Assembly (NCBI GenBank): GCA_030141605.1
Contig: JAQGDQ010000238.1
Location: forward strand, 186,001 to 250,000
Direction: 5' to 3'
Origin: Tubiluchus corallicola
Taxonomy: Eukaryota; Animalia; Priapulida
DNA: 64,000 nucleotides
In this document: piece by piece, positions 11,443 to 24,530 of the stretch
How positions within the stretch are numbered: the stretch's first letter is position 1
How the letters are laid out: every line of letters begins with the position of its first letter
Program-made: the position numbers and the translations under genes
The notes under the pieces: model-generated
What the model saw: the letters and a program-made list of their open reading frames with translations, nothing else
Database searches by the model: none
Told to the model about the DNA's origin: nothing

Positions 11443-14400
11443 CAGACGCTCCCAGGGCGTAGCTAGTCTGTCTGTCATTCTGCTGCCTAGGTGCTATTGG
11501 TGAAGATGATTTTGAAGCTTGTTCAAAGCTGAACTGATAGAAACGGTCGACGCGTGGCAGTCTTTCGACCAGCAGACTGATACTAGTAGCGTCATCTGTT
11601 CGCATGAGTATCATGCTACTGGTAACTGGTTGACCAGTTGGCATGGTGTCAAGCATTAATACATCGGGGACTTCATAAAACTATGCACATGCAACGCTAA
11701 TAATAATCTTTGCAACAATCAAATGCTTTTACATTGAACTGTTCAGTCCTTATAAAAAGTGCATTTAGTGAGGCTTTTCTTTGAAAAATTATGTTCGTGC
11801 GCGTATCAACATGTATGTTGGGACAGCATTACGTTTCTGGGGTCCACTAAATTGTTAAGCAGCTGCTATGTCTTTTAGGCAACGTTTCTCACGGCATGGT
11901 ATACTGATGCCTGCTGGCCTCACGAGTCACCATGAAATAATTAAAACCTCTAATATACAAACTTGCTTATGCGCAGAGAGAGGAGACACCGAGCGAGAGA
12001 TAGAGAGAGAGAATTAGAGCGCCACACGAGTGGCTGTGTGTTAGGGTGTGTCCAGGCGTGCATGCACGCGTGAGAATTATTGTATTATATAATAAGTCTA
12101 TACAAAAAAATAAATTTACGAAGAAATCACTTATTGAAACAGAAAGATTATTCGCAATCTCCTATTTGGATAGCGGGATAATAGTTTATTGGTTTACCAC
12201 TAATGACTTTATCCTTCATAAATTTTAATTTTTTACCATTCACTCCGTTCACTGCAGGAGATAGTGAGATGGTCATTTCAAATTTTATAACATACCGAAT
12301 TTATCCTTTTCAAGCGACGTATTGCCTAAAAGAAATTGAAAATTTTAATTCAAGTTGCTATGTAAATATGAAATTAAACTTAGGAGAAAATGCGTTTTGA
12401 AACTGAAGTTGTACATGCCTAAGGTCTCTCGGCTATTCACGTCCTAAAAATCATAGATTTTTAAACGTTATTTTATTGACATGCGAGATATGTGAAAAAA
12501 ATGATTTATATATCTTGTACTAGATCAATGTGAGAAACTGGCCAAGAGCTGAATGAAATATTTTAGTTGTTTTAAATGCTTATTATAATGACGCCATGTG
12601 TTTATAGTTTACAACGGCTGCCCTTATTGAATAACGCCCACATATAAATTTTCTTTTTCTGGGTGCCTCGTTATCGTTAAGTTCATCTGTTTTGGAATTT
12701 ATTTCAAAATTTTTCAGAACGCCATTCCACAGTCATGATGTATGCGGCAAGTCTCAAGTTCTGTATTGTAATGAGCGAACTTTATTGATCGCAAGATAGG
12801 TGGCAGCAGCTGACAACTGTCAAGCATGCAGCAGAGTTCATTCCAGGCAGCTTTTTTTTGCTTGTCTACGACTGCGTCCTGCATACTGCACGTGCTTTGA
12901 GCACCAGCATTTATTTTTCGAACACAAATGTACAGTTAAGTTACATAAGTAGTTCAATTAAAAGAAATTAGTAGACTAGTACAACTCAGTATGTGCGTGT
13001 ACAAAATACTTGCAGTAAAATCAGTACCCTGTAAAACTGTAACAGGAAGAAATATTAACAATTTATGAGGTAAACCTCTATTTTTGTTAACTACAAACAT
13101 GACTAAAAGTACAATGTTAAGACATCAAGACACATTTTGTACCATAACGATTTTGTCTGCTCATCACTCCTGGAATAAAAAATGGGCGTATTAAGAAAAA
13201 AATTTGCATACATTTAGTTTCCTGGAAATAATGATGTGTTTACAACCTCCTATTTGCAAATCCGCGAAACAAGATGTTTCCTTCCTACAACATAGCAATG
13301 CCGAGAGAATGACAGAGAATTTCGAGGAGGCAACATTCTCTGGTGTGTTCATTTGTGTTTACTGACCCATAAGAAGTCAAGTTCTATGTTCCGAGAAAGA
13401 CAAAAACGGCATAAAAAAGTGTAAGATAACTCCAACAAATTCTCAACTACAACATGTACGCCTTATACAAATGCAGACACACCGCGCAGGAAACATGAAA
13501 AATGGACCAGAGAATTTTTATTACGTGTTTTTCATTATTATTACACTGTTACTTTGTGATTATAATTCTGTAAGCTCGGCTCGTATAGACCACATTTCCT
13601 TGAGGAAGGATTAAAACATGTAAAGAATTTACATGCTTACGAGATGTATGTAGGGATTACCCACGTGTTATGCTGGCCCACACCTGCGGTTGAAATACCA
13701 GATCAGAAGATGGGGCTCGCGCTAACAAGCTACCCTATTTACGTTAAGCTCCTCTTGAATGGGCACTTCAGTGGACTTCAACCAAAAGTAAACAGTGAAC
13801 AGGACTTGTGTCGCATGTTGCATTCAACTAGTTATTCTTCTGCCTATTGTTGCTAAACTGCTTTTGAATGTTGCACAAGGTTTTTGCTTTTGTATGGTTA
13901 TAATGAAGACCAACACCAGTTCAGCGACCAGATCCATGATTTCGGATGGTTTCATGGTAACACAACACAACAGCAACGCTCTATATACTTAAAACAAAAA
14001 ACAACGTGTTCATTTAAATAAAGTCACCAGTTAGTTAGTTAACACGAAACGTAGGCACCAATTTGTTCGAAAAAACATCAACTAACAGGCAGACTAAGAG
14101 AGCTGTTCTTGTTCCACCCTAAGATTAGATGAAGCTTTCTTCTGTTGTATATGGAAATAGCTCAGCTCTTCAACCAATTGGACAAACGCTAAGCGTTGCT
14201 ATGTAAGATAGGTTACCTAAAGTGGAAAGCGTGGAAAGGATGAGTTCACTTAGTCCAGGTGTTGGAGAGGTGTTAGGCTATCAACTCTTTTCTTATTGAA
14301 ATTTCGTCGTGCCATAATGCAATTGTCAAGAGGTTTAACGGCCTAAGGTTTGTTTGTTCTGACGCTCAACTCTTTCACAAGCATGGAAACCTTTTGCCAA

Positions 14401-15349
14401 CTTGCGACAATTGTTGGTACGGCTTCGAAAAGTCAAGACCATGGTTCCTGCTAGAATTGTAGTATTGTACGAACTTAGCACATACATTCAGAAAGTTGCC
14501 CATACATTTCACAATGCATTACACAGAATTAAGATTCGCTATTGTGTATTGTATACGTGCATCAAACTTCGAACCAATTTAATTCTATTGGTAAATCATA
14601 TTCCATTTAAGCTGCACAGGTGAAAATGCATGCAGCTACAATAATATGCAATTTCAAATTGTGGCTTAGTTTGTAAGTTGATTATTTTTTGCTAATAAAC
14701 ATGTGGTTCCAAGGTAAATGCTATTTTAAGATGCTGACCAGAACAAATGTAAATTTAACTGAAATGGAAGACAATCTTAAGGAATAGGTGTGAATATCAA
14801 CGGTTTCGGTTTCGTCCCAATTAGGACCCCACAGAGAGACTTTATCTGGGGGAACATTGTGGAAAATTTGCCTGCAGGAACCTCCGTGGGTGTTCTTTAT
14901 TGTTGGTCGAATAATAGACGGTTCATTTACCGTGGATGAGCTTTTCTCAGCATCCAGCCTGGGCTTAAGCATCATTTTAAATAACCCCGTAGAGCTCCTT
15001 TCATATTGCCCACTTTCAACACTAGTTACTGTAACAGTAACGCTAGAACTGTACACTAATTGTTGAACGACATTAATAAAAAACATCTACAGTAAAGAAA
15101 TAAACAGCGCAGTAACGTGAAACAACAAAAATAAATTAAAGGAAACAAAATAATACAATCACTACGTACCATCAGTTTCAAACTTTCAGGGCATTAATAC
15201 TGTAGTACCAAAGCAAACATGTCTACTGTAGTGAAATGTGTCTTTTCTTTTCATTGTTGCGGCAACTGTGTGATATTTTGTGCTCTTTGTGTTACTTTTT
15301 CTCTCTTGATTTTTCCTGTATTGCGACTTCTGTACTTAGTAATTTTGGT

Positions 15350-16845
15350 TTCTAGGAATTTTTCGCACATGGTAATTTTTTACAGGTAAATTTCATACTA
15401 TAATCTTTAGTTACAAGGAATTTCTGGTACTAGGAAAATCTGCTATGTTTGGTACGAGGAAATTATAGTATTAGGATTGTTTGTACATGTACTAAGAAAT
15501 ATTGGTACGAGGAAAATTTGGTACTAGAAAAGTTTGGTACTAAACGAAAAAGAATTTCTGTATCTCAGTATAAAATAATTGTTTTAGCTGGAAAATAGGA
15601 AAGTTCCCCCCTTAGGGAAGTTTATCCAGTAGGGAGGAATTTGGCACTAGTAAAGTCCGGTTTCCCAAATACCTGTTTTTACTAACTCGTGTGACTACCT
15701 GCCTGTCTGTCCGTCCGCCTGTCTGTATCTTAATAATTACTACAATGACAAAGACACAATTAAAATTTATTGTTTTTCAAACAAGCATTCAGACATCAAA
15801 AGCAAAATTGTACAGCACCAAGAACTGCTACTAGCATTTGAAAGGTGAATTTTATTTATTCCCATTAGATAAGTCCTGTAAAAGCATTTTGCACAAAATA
15901 TGAACTGAATTTAAATCATTGTTATTATAAAAAAAGTTGCAAATGTGCCACGTAGTGTCGTGCCAGCAATAACCATGTATGCAGTAGCAATCAGCAGTCG
16001 CTCTCGTTGCTGTTACAATTGTCATAATCATTGTCACTGTAATAAACATCATTAGTGTCATCTTTTCCTTAGCTATTAGTATTTATCATCGCCATCGTTA
16101 ATGTTATTATCATCACCATCGTCCTTGTCGTCATCAACATTATTGACATCATTATCACTGTAGTCATCCATGCAACAAATAATGGCAATGGCAACAGCAA
16201 CAAAACAGTAAAATTAAAAAAGACAAGGCAGCTATGATAACGACGATGACGAATAACAAACAAACAAGTCAAAGAAAAACAAATGCAACAGTTATGGACC
16301 TCTACAACTTGCTCATGTAGGTTATATAAAAGATATTTTCATAGTACCAAACTTTCCTTGTAGCAAACTTTCTCTACATCAAGTTTGCCTAGTACCACAC
16401 TTTTGCCGTACTAAACTTTCCGAGTACCAAAACTTGTTCCGTACCACTTTTACCTTTTACTATATTTACCTGTATCAACAATTTTTAACAAATCCTCGCT
16501 AGTACTGTATTTACCACAACTATATTTTCTCTGAATCAAATTTTCCCAGGACCAAAATTTCCTAGTAGCAAATTGTCTCGATACCAAAATTTCCCTGTGT
16601 CAAAAATTCCTAGTAGTAATTTTTCCCAGTATCAAAATTTATCTGTACCAAAAATTGCTAGTAGCAAATTTTCCCAGTATCAAAACTTATCCGTACGAAA
16701 AATCGCTAGTAGCAAGTTTTCCCACTATCAAAATTTATCTGTACCAAAAATTCATAGTAGCGAATTTTCTCGGTACTAAAATTTCCTCATACCAAAATTA
16801 TCAGGACTAAATTTACTTGTACCAAACTCACTAGTACCAAATTTG
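15350..16845. mobile_element. Foldback-like element: two oppositely oriented arrays of a ~16-bp unit
   Basis: Left array 15350-15543 (ggtacgaggaaaattt, ggtactagaaaagttt); right array 16340-16845 is the reverse-complement unit (gtaccaaaatttcctag), with 48-bp higher-order periodicity near 16573-16780. Confidence 0.6.
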
Positions 16846-18092
16846 CCAGAGTCTTTGTTTTCGGTGTATTCACTACGTTTTTGTCACCAACATTTAATTC
16901 GATTCAAATACAATTTGCTTTGCGAAGAAGGCAATTTTTTATAGGCCAACCTTTAGCAATTGCTAACAATAAAACAACGCGTCGCTTCTTTTCTTTGTGT
17001 AAAAACTGAGGTAAGAATCTAGAAAAACTTGTGAAAAAAGGCGTAAGTCAATAAAAAGCTCGAGTGTGATATGCGCCTGGTTTAATGTTTTTCACACGTC
17101 GTAAACTAAAAGCGTTAGCAGGATTGCGAAAGTATCACTTACATGACAATTCATGCATCTTAGACTGCGCACATACCCCTTCTTTCAGTAAGACGTTCAC
17201 TTCTTAACTCTTGTGATAAAATAACAATGGGTTATAGGTAAATATTAACTCTTACAACTGCCTGTTAACAGGGCTGAATTTTTTCTGCAGAACAAGAAGC
17301 ATTGTCGCCTTTGATACGTTTAAATCGTGCTTGTGTTTGAAGTTTTTGCAGTACGTGTATTTTGAAATGTTGGTAATGATAGATTCCTTTCAGTCTTTAT
17401 TCTTGCCTATAAACAAGTGTTTACGTGAAATTTATATGGCTTTTACATGCTTGAATTATTTAACTTGGTGACTTCTAATCACGAAACAGTGTTTCTTGTC
17501 AGCAGTAATGTGACAGATTACTTTCTTTTTGTTCTAATAAATTAATCATTAATATGAGAAACAATTTGTAAAATAGCTCAAGCGTACTAGTTGTTACGTA
17601 TGTTCTCTGCACATTAAATTTCTATTATTAACTTCTTCTTCCAGACAACACCAGTCACGGCATTTAGACTAAGCACAACATGCAAAATTGCATTTACGCA
17701 AGCTCTAAGCCTTGCATACAAGACGATTTTTAGGAAAACTGGTTTAATGAATCCTTGCATAGCGCTAAGAACGTTCGCATAAATAATTTGACTTAGTGCG
17801 ATAAATTTATTTCTCGCTTATTACTTAATACATTACGTCAGCTAGAAATTAGTTACCTTTTTTGCGTCTTCTTCAGGTATGCTATACTGTTTTTTCAACT
17901 ATCCACGCGTATTGACCAAAATCTCTTAAAGCCATTGGTAACAGAAAAGGTTAAAGAAAGAACTAAAAAGATAAGAAACGAAATAACTAGAGAAGAAATG
18001 AAGTTCGAAGACGTAAAAGTAAATACCAAGGTAGAGAGAAGACGGAAAAACAAAAAAAGCAAAAAGCAGTGTTACGAGCAATTTGTAAAATT

Positions 18093-18928
18093 ATTGGTTC
18101 CTCAGTGCATGAATTCTTGCACACTTCGCAAAATAAAAGGGAATTTATTAGCTAAAATTGATTTTGTTCTTGTTAAAAATAGGTGCTCAATTTTGCTTTA
18201 GAAATGGGGTAACCTACTTTGTTTACTTCTTTAAGTTAGTACAACAACTTTTGTAGAATATATTTTCGTTGATTATGTTGGCTGTTTGGAAAAGTTTTTT
18301 TCAACAGAGTTTTATTGTTTTATAGTAAAAATTTAATCACTTTTTACAAATGTTAAAATAATAACAATGACAAAGCAATTCAACAACAACTAAATTTGAA
18401 TTTGCACATTTAACACGTGGAATTTAAATCCTTAAACCAGATTATTTAACACACAGTCCCAATTTAAGAATTTAAACTACTTGAATGAAATCTAAATTCA
18501 TATACAGCACTCAAAATTACACTGAGAAGTTTGGCAACCGTAACAATTTGTTGCAGATTCAAATACTATGATTGCTGCTGTGCGCTGCATCTTCAACTCT
18601 GTTGTTCACTCTCCTCAATTAGCTTTATTCTTTATTCGTTGTTGAATTGCTTTGTCATTGTTATTATTTTTACATTTGTAAAAGTAGTTAATTTTTACTA
18701 TAACACAATAAAATCTGTTGAAAAAACTGTTCCAAACAGCCAACATAATCTATGAAAATATAGTCTACAAAAGTTGTTGTACTAACTTAAAGAAGTAGAC
18801 AAAGTAGATTATCCCATTTCTAAAGCAAAATTGAGCACCTATTTTTAACAAGAATAAAATCAATTTTAGCAATTAAATTCCGTTTTATTTTGCAAAGTGG
18901 GCAAGAATTCATACACTGAGGAACCAAT
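18093..18928. mobile_element. MITE-like long inverted repeat (~295-bp arms, ~250-bp spacer)
   Basis: 18093-18387 (attggttcctcagtg...caattcaacaac) is the near-exact reverse complement of 18638-18928 (gttgttgaattg...cactgaggaaccaat). Confidence 0.85.
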
Positions 18929-19085
18929 TTAAATAATTAGACAGAATAGAGAAAAGTTTTGATGTCTTTAAAGTGTGGTTTCAAGACAAAACGGAGTATA
19001 AGGGCTAACAAGATTTTTAAATTTTAGTTTACTATTATTTGACGGTGTATTAGCAAAAATGATTTATTTTTTAACCAGTGAGTTA

Positions 19086-19210
19086 TAATCATTATCATCA
19101 TCACCATCACCATCATCATCATCATCATCATCATTACCAGCACCATCATCATCACCATCACCAGCACCATCATCATCATCATCAGCGTCTCCATCGTCAT
19201 CATCACCATT
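19086..19210. repeat. (CAT/CAC)n trinucleotide repeat
   Basis: Explains the poly-Asp and poly-Met ORFs at 19024-19330. Confidence 0.9.
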
Positions 19211-19817
19211 ATTTGGCTTTATAGTTGCTGATATTAAATTTGTTACTGATGTTGTTGATGCCAGCATCGGCGTTGTTGTCAGTGTTGTTGCCGCTCCTGT
19301 TATCGCCGATACTTCATATAATTGGGTCAAGTAGTTTCAACTCGGGTTCATTGTCTAGGAAATCATACTAATTTCCATAGCACTAAAGGAATTTTGCCAG
19401 TTCGCTTACACGTGCAGATGAGTTTAGTAACAAAGCATTGTGTCACGCTGTCCTTAATGAATGCAACAAGTTAATGAATCGCTACTGAATTACTTGTCAC
19501 TTGCGTAAAGGCGGCTGTAATTGCTTTTACACTTCATCGCTGTGTCTTCATTAGTTCAAGTCCAAGCGGATTACCCCAGATTGAGCTGGGACACTCGTGT
19601 CACCTGAACAACCAAAGATCTATGACTTGTCGGGTCACTTTTGATCTGACGGGTATCAAAGGACCCTCTAAAAATCAATTGTTTTATGGTGCTTAATAAT
19701 AATAATGACTGTTATGTAAGACAGCTGCAACACCTGTAATGTCCATGAACTACATTGAACACTGATAATTCACTACGTGTTTGGGTATAAAATGCACAGC
19801 ATCATTAAACTAAGTTT

Positions 19818-20414
19818 TTAAAGGAAGACAGGATGATTTTTCATATACTGACTCATTTTCCGACAAAAAAGTACACATTTTAACACGATTAATATTGCAA
19901 AAGCGTTTCTGATAATTAAATAATAGATTTAAAACTTAGTTAACGGTAAGCCAGCCCAACTATTGATGACATCACAAACTAAATTAACTTTCAACAGTGA
20001 AAATATTCCACGAGCGTGTTGCAACTTGTTTGCGAAAGTGAAAATTGATGTACAGTGCTACTGTAAGATATTCAGTGTGTCGTATTAAAACTAGGCAATC
20101 TTTAAGATAAAAATTCAAATTTGAAATTTACCGCTGTGCTCACGCATGAGCTGTCGTCACAAACTAACACATCTGAACTGTACAGCACTTGTTTTTGTGC
20201 TATATGCTTCCGAAATGCAGGCGCTAGTGCCCGTCTAACAACAAGAGGCGAAATGCATGTTACAGCAAAGAACTAGTGGCGCGAACGTGAAATTTTGTTT
20301 GTGTGATAAAACTTCTTTCACATAAGTCATTTTTGAAAGAAATAGTATGTTCATAATTTTAAAGAATAGATTGTTTTGACCTTCAGTTTAAGATTGTGTC
20401 CGGTTTTGCTTTAA
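19818..20414 (-). mobile_element. TTAA-flanked non-autonomous DNA transposon (Kolobok-like MITE), copy 1
   Basis: TTAA-AGG...GCT-TTAA ends. Reverse-complement homologous to 43757-44580 and 51290-51876 (shared gggcactagcgcc, gatgtcatcaatagttggg, tgcaacacgctcgtggaat blocks). Confidence 0.7.
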
Positions 20415-20764
20415 GCTTTCAGTATAAATGTAATACAAAACTAACTGTTTATCTTTATTACATGGCAATAAAATAAAAAAATTAAACTACAGAAAATTTA
20501 GCTTTCTAACCACCTGTTCTGTTGGCTAACTCCACTACTGACCGAATACTGGGTGTTTAATTTATGGCATCAGTTGAGGTAAGTTTAATTAAAGCTGCAA
20601 TTCATTTATACATATACTTAGCTCAGCTTTATTCATTATTCCCTAGCTTACTTTCAAGAATCGAGAAGTACTTAGGATATGTACGATAAAAAGCAATTTA
20701 TATAGATAATGAAGAACTTTCTGATCACGAGTTTCATGTAAAAGCAAAAATGACTGAACAGTAC

Positions 20765-20935
20765 GAAAAAACAAGTGCCATGCAATTGCTCTTGCCAAAA
20801 TAAAAGCTAAATTAAAGAAAGTAAAAAGAATAGGAACAAAGTGACATACCTTCATTGACAGTTTATTCCTATTACTTTCTTTAGTCAAGCTTTTATTTTG
20901 GCAAGGGCAATTGTATAATACTTGTTGTTTTTTCT
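20765..20935. repeat. Imperfect palindrome / small hairpin element
   Basis: caattgctcttgccaaaataaaagct...aaagaaagtaa...aataggaa pairs with ttcctatt...actttcttt...agcttttattttggcaagggcaattg; short loop. Confidence 0.75.
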
Positions 20936-23900
20936 TATGCAGTTGTTTTTTACGCTTTCCTCAACTTACTGTATCTTAAATCAATGACGCATAGCTGCTA
21001 TTTTTAACATTTTATTTGTATTTTTTCTGCTGATGAAGTACGCTAGGGTGACAGCTTCTGTAATTAACAAAAATAATTATTTTGAGACTACAAGGGCATT
21101 CAACACTTTCTTATGTTAAAGTGGCAGGTCTCAGGGGATATTTTATTTTAGTCTCCATTTTTGAGACTGAGGTTGTACAACAGCTTGCAAAAGTTGAACA
21201 TCTTTCCTGCACTATTGCGCAAGTTTAGCTCTGGCTTGCGACGTGTAGAGTTATTGTTATTCTTATCAGATGTAGAAAATTGTTAATTACACGTTTTGCA
21301 TTGCTTTATAGCATGGAGCTTTATGTTAGCGTTGTAATTACAAGGTGCTGTTTACTTATAACTTCTAAAGATAGAAAGCTTGCAGCATCCTTACAATAAA
21401 TCGGTCGTTGTTAGGGCGCATCTACAGCGAAATGGGTGATGCTGCAGTTAAGGGCTTTCAAATCTTTACAATGAAAAAACAATTTGTGCACAGGAATTTT
21501 GGAATTTTCAGCTTTGCTATAATGGCATACCAAACGAGTACTAATCCCCCTTTTTAGCTATACCAGGGTTGACGAGGCCAAAAACCCATAAGGCAAATAA
21601 TGCGTATTTTCTAGCGTCGAAATTCGTTTAAATTATGGCAGGTCTCACGACGACAATCTTCTTTCGAATATGAAAATAATATTATTTGGTAACAATTGAC
21701 TTCTTCAGCCTGTTTAACAATAGAAATTTAAACCACAATGTGGTGTCTTATTTCAAGTTTACACAACTTAAAGACCAAAATCTATTTAAAAACTTCAAAT
21801 ATCTTCAAAGGTTTACCTCCTATACTTGACTACGTTTTGCGGCAACTTTTTTCATTTTTTTTCAGTTTTGTTTATTGCAATACTTTAATAGCTTTATTAA
21901 TTTGCATCAAACGTAACGCATTTCACTGTTTTCTAGCTCCATTTAAACTGCGTGTAATCAGCTGGTAGAACTTGGAGCTGCCCTCACTAATGAGGAAAAG
22001 GACACACGTGACGATAATTACAGGTGATGAAACACGACAACAAGAGATTTTTGAATAGAAGACAAATCAAAGCAATCTACACAAAGCCCAGATTGTGGGT
22101 TCTGTGTAAAGAAAAGAGTTGAATGCAATTAGAACAATAACAGGGTAGATATTGACCACGTGCTTAAATTTAAATGTTAATACGTTTGTAGGCCTATTGC
22201 GCGTGTAGGTTTATTATAGCCTAGCTACACAACACAAAGGAAGAAAATTCGTTTCCGACTGTAAATTAATTGCGTTGCATGTTAAAATGTAATATACGTG
22301 TAGTTTGTTCTTTATGTAAGTAAAATTGAAATTTCAGTTAAACTTAAAAAGCGTATGAAACTTATTTACAAGCAGATACACATAGCATATGTTTAAAGCT
22401 CTGCAAAACAAAATGTAAATAAATTAAAACAGTTTTGGTTGATTAAAAACTGTGTACGTTATGAATTGCGTTACGTTTTGTGGTATTTTTCGTATTTCTC
22501 CAAGCTAGCTATATAAAGAAAAAGGGCAAAATTTAAATTGGAAAATCGTCTAATTACGAAACGTCTAATTTGTGTAAAACAAACTATTCAGCAAAATAAA
22601 AGCTTCTTTGCATTCAGTAATTCTAAGCCTGTTTTTACAAACAAATTTACTTTTCAGTGATGCTGAAGTGTTCAACTTATTGTATTTATTACCCGTTTGC
22701 CCTTTAATCTGATGTATTGTAAGAACTTAAAGCTACCTTATGCAGTAATAAAGGCTCCAGTTAGGCTCTGACCATGAGGGTGATGTTTGTAGAGTTACGC
22801 ATACTTGAACTGACTGCTCTTCCCTTTATTGTTTTTCGTAAATGTAGCTTGAAAAAATGCAATCCTTTCTCTATGTTTGTGCAGCACAAATCAAGTGCCA
22901 GCGCCAGTCGCGTGCGGTGTTGCCAGTCAACTCTTTTATTATTGGCTAATAAGGCAAAACCGGTCACAGACAGGCAGAATGGACCTCGGACCTCCTGGTC
23001 ATTTTGGCAGACAGCAATTCCATGCCAAAGTGAACAGAAACAATCAAGTAGTAACGTTAGACGGCAAGGTTATTCCAAAAATTGTTGCAGTTACAGTCTG
23101 AAAATTCGGAAACTGACACGACGACGTTTCTCACCATATGCTTTTATTGGCTCCAAACACAATGATAATACTCGAAATCATGATAATTATTCTTCTTTTT
23201 AAAACTTAGGTGCAATCGAGTCGCATAGATCTCTCATTTATAGCTGCAGTTGCTACAAATTAGTTTTACAATACGAAAATAATATTCTGTCTTCTTTCTT
23301 ACTTAATTTTTAAGTGTAGACAAAATGAGAATCGAACTGCTCATGTATTATTGTGGCACTATACCGTCAAATTTCATAATCGACGGTCAAAGGCTTGACT
23401 TTTTAAGAAAAATACAAAATTCGGGTCAGGTCCTTTTATACCGAAATTGTTGCATTTTATTAACGACAGTGAATTTAACTAAAGATTGAAATAATCACTT
23501 TAATCACAATGTAAAACGTACGGTCAAGAAATCATTTTATGATCTTGCAAGAAACTACTACATGTAGCATACTAGTAATTTTATCATATTGCTAACTCTT
23601 ACTATTGCGTATACTTGTTGTCTACAAACATCATTGTATATGTGCTGTATAGTTTTATGCGCAAATAAATGCGACCAAAAATGTAAAATGCGAATAATAA
23701 TATACATCCCACAAAAAATTCAAGTGTAACACAAAGCTTCGTTCTTGGTTCGCTTTTATTTTTAGTTTTCAAGAACGTCATTTACCATTATTCGTATTTT
23801 TTGTAAGATTATTTGGCTTATCAGTTTGTCAGTCGGTCGATCAGAGGAAATCGTTCAAATCTAACGTATATCAATCTTCATCTATTCATTTTTTTCATTC

Positions 23901-24009
23901 ATTTCTTTGAAGCTTTCTTCTTTCACCACTTCATTTATCCATTCATTCATTCGTTCGATTATTGATTTAGTTGTTCTTTATCTTTGATCATTTCAGATTA
24001 CGTACGACC

Positions 24010-24530
24010 CTAAGAAAAAAGTTATTATTGAAAACGTCAACGACAAAAGTATCATCAGTTCCAGTTTTTGTATGAAGAAAAGCGTAAGCAAGCACCCAGT
24101 TCCCCATAATCCAATTTGGCACAGCTTTCAAAACTGCTAGAGGAAACATTCTATTCCAATTAACATATGCTGTAATAGCCGACGAGATTGTACCTCGTTA
24201 GCAGCCAAATTTTCTTGGCACAGATACTAAAGCGAGTAAACCGAAGGCACAATTCTTTGGTTTATTACGCGACTGCGACCCAAACTTACCTGATGAAAAC
24301 TTACTGGTTATATCAGGCGAATCTACAAAGATATTGATATTCCCAGATTTAAGCGCAAGGATGGCAGTGGTTAAAATGAAATTTGATTTTAACGACGCAT
24401 TAGATAACGCGATGAGAAAAGGAATCCCAATTGATCACGTGATTTGCAGAGTGGAGTTATTTATCGACAAACAAAAACCTATTCAATGTTTTAATTGTCA
24501 GCAATTCGGACGTGTCTAAATGGTGCACAC
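24010..24530 (+). mobile_element. Degenerate non-LTR retrotransposon ORF1 (gag-like, zinc knuckle) remnant
   Basis: ...GIPIDHVICRVELFIDKQKPIQCFNCQQFGR resembles the PxQCFxCQxFGH knuckle of I/Nimb/Jockey ORF1; upstream KVIIENV..., TARGNIL. Interrupted by stops. Confidence 0.7.

Noticed and set aside
13640-15090. Possible gene or transposase around ORF 14721-15086
   Set aside because: Coding-like composition but multiple stops and no motif I can recognise. Needs BLASTx; not called.
22761-23202. Overlapping ORFs up to 142 aa
   Set aside because: No domain similarity; a GC-richer non-coding patch (CCAAT/Sox-like words), possibly an enhancer, but unsupported.
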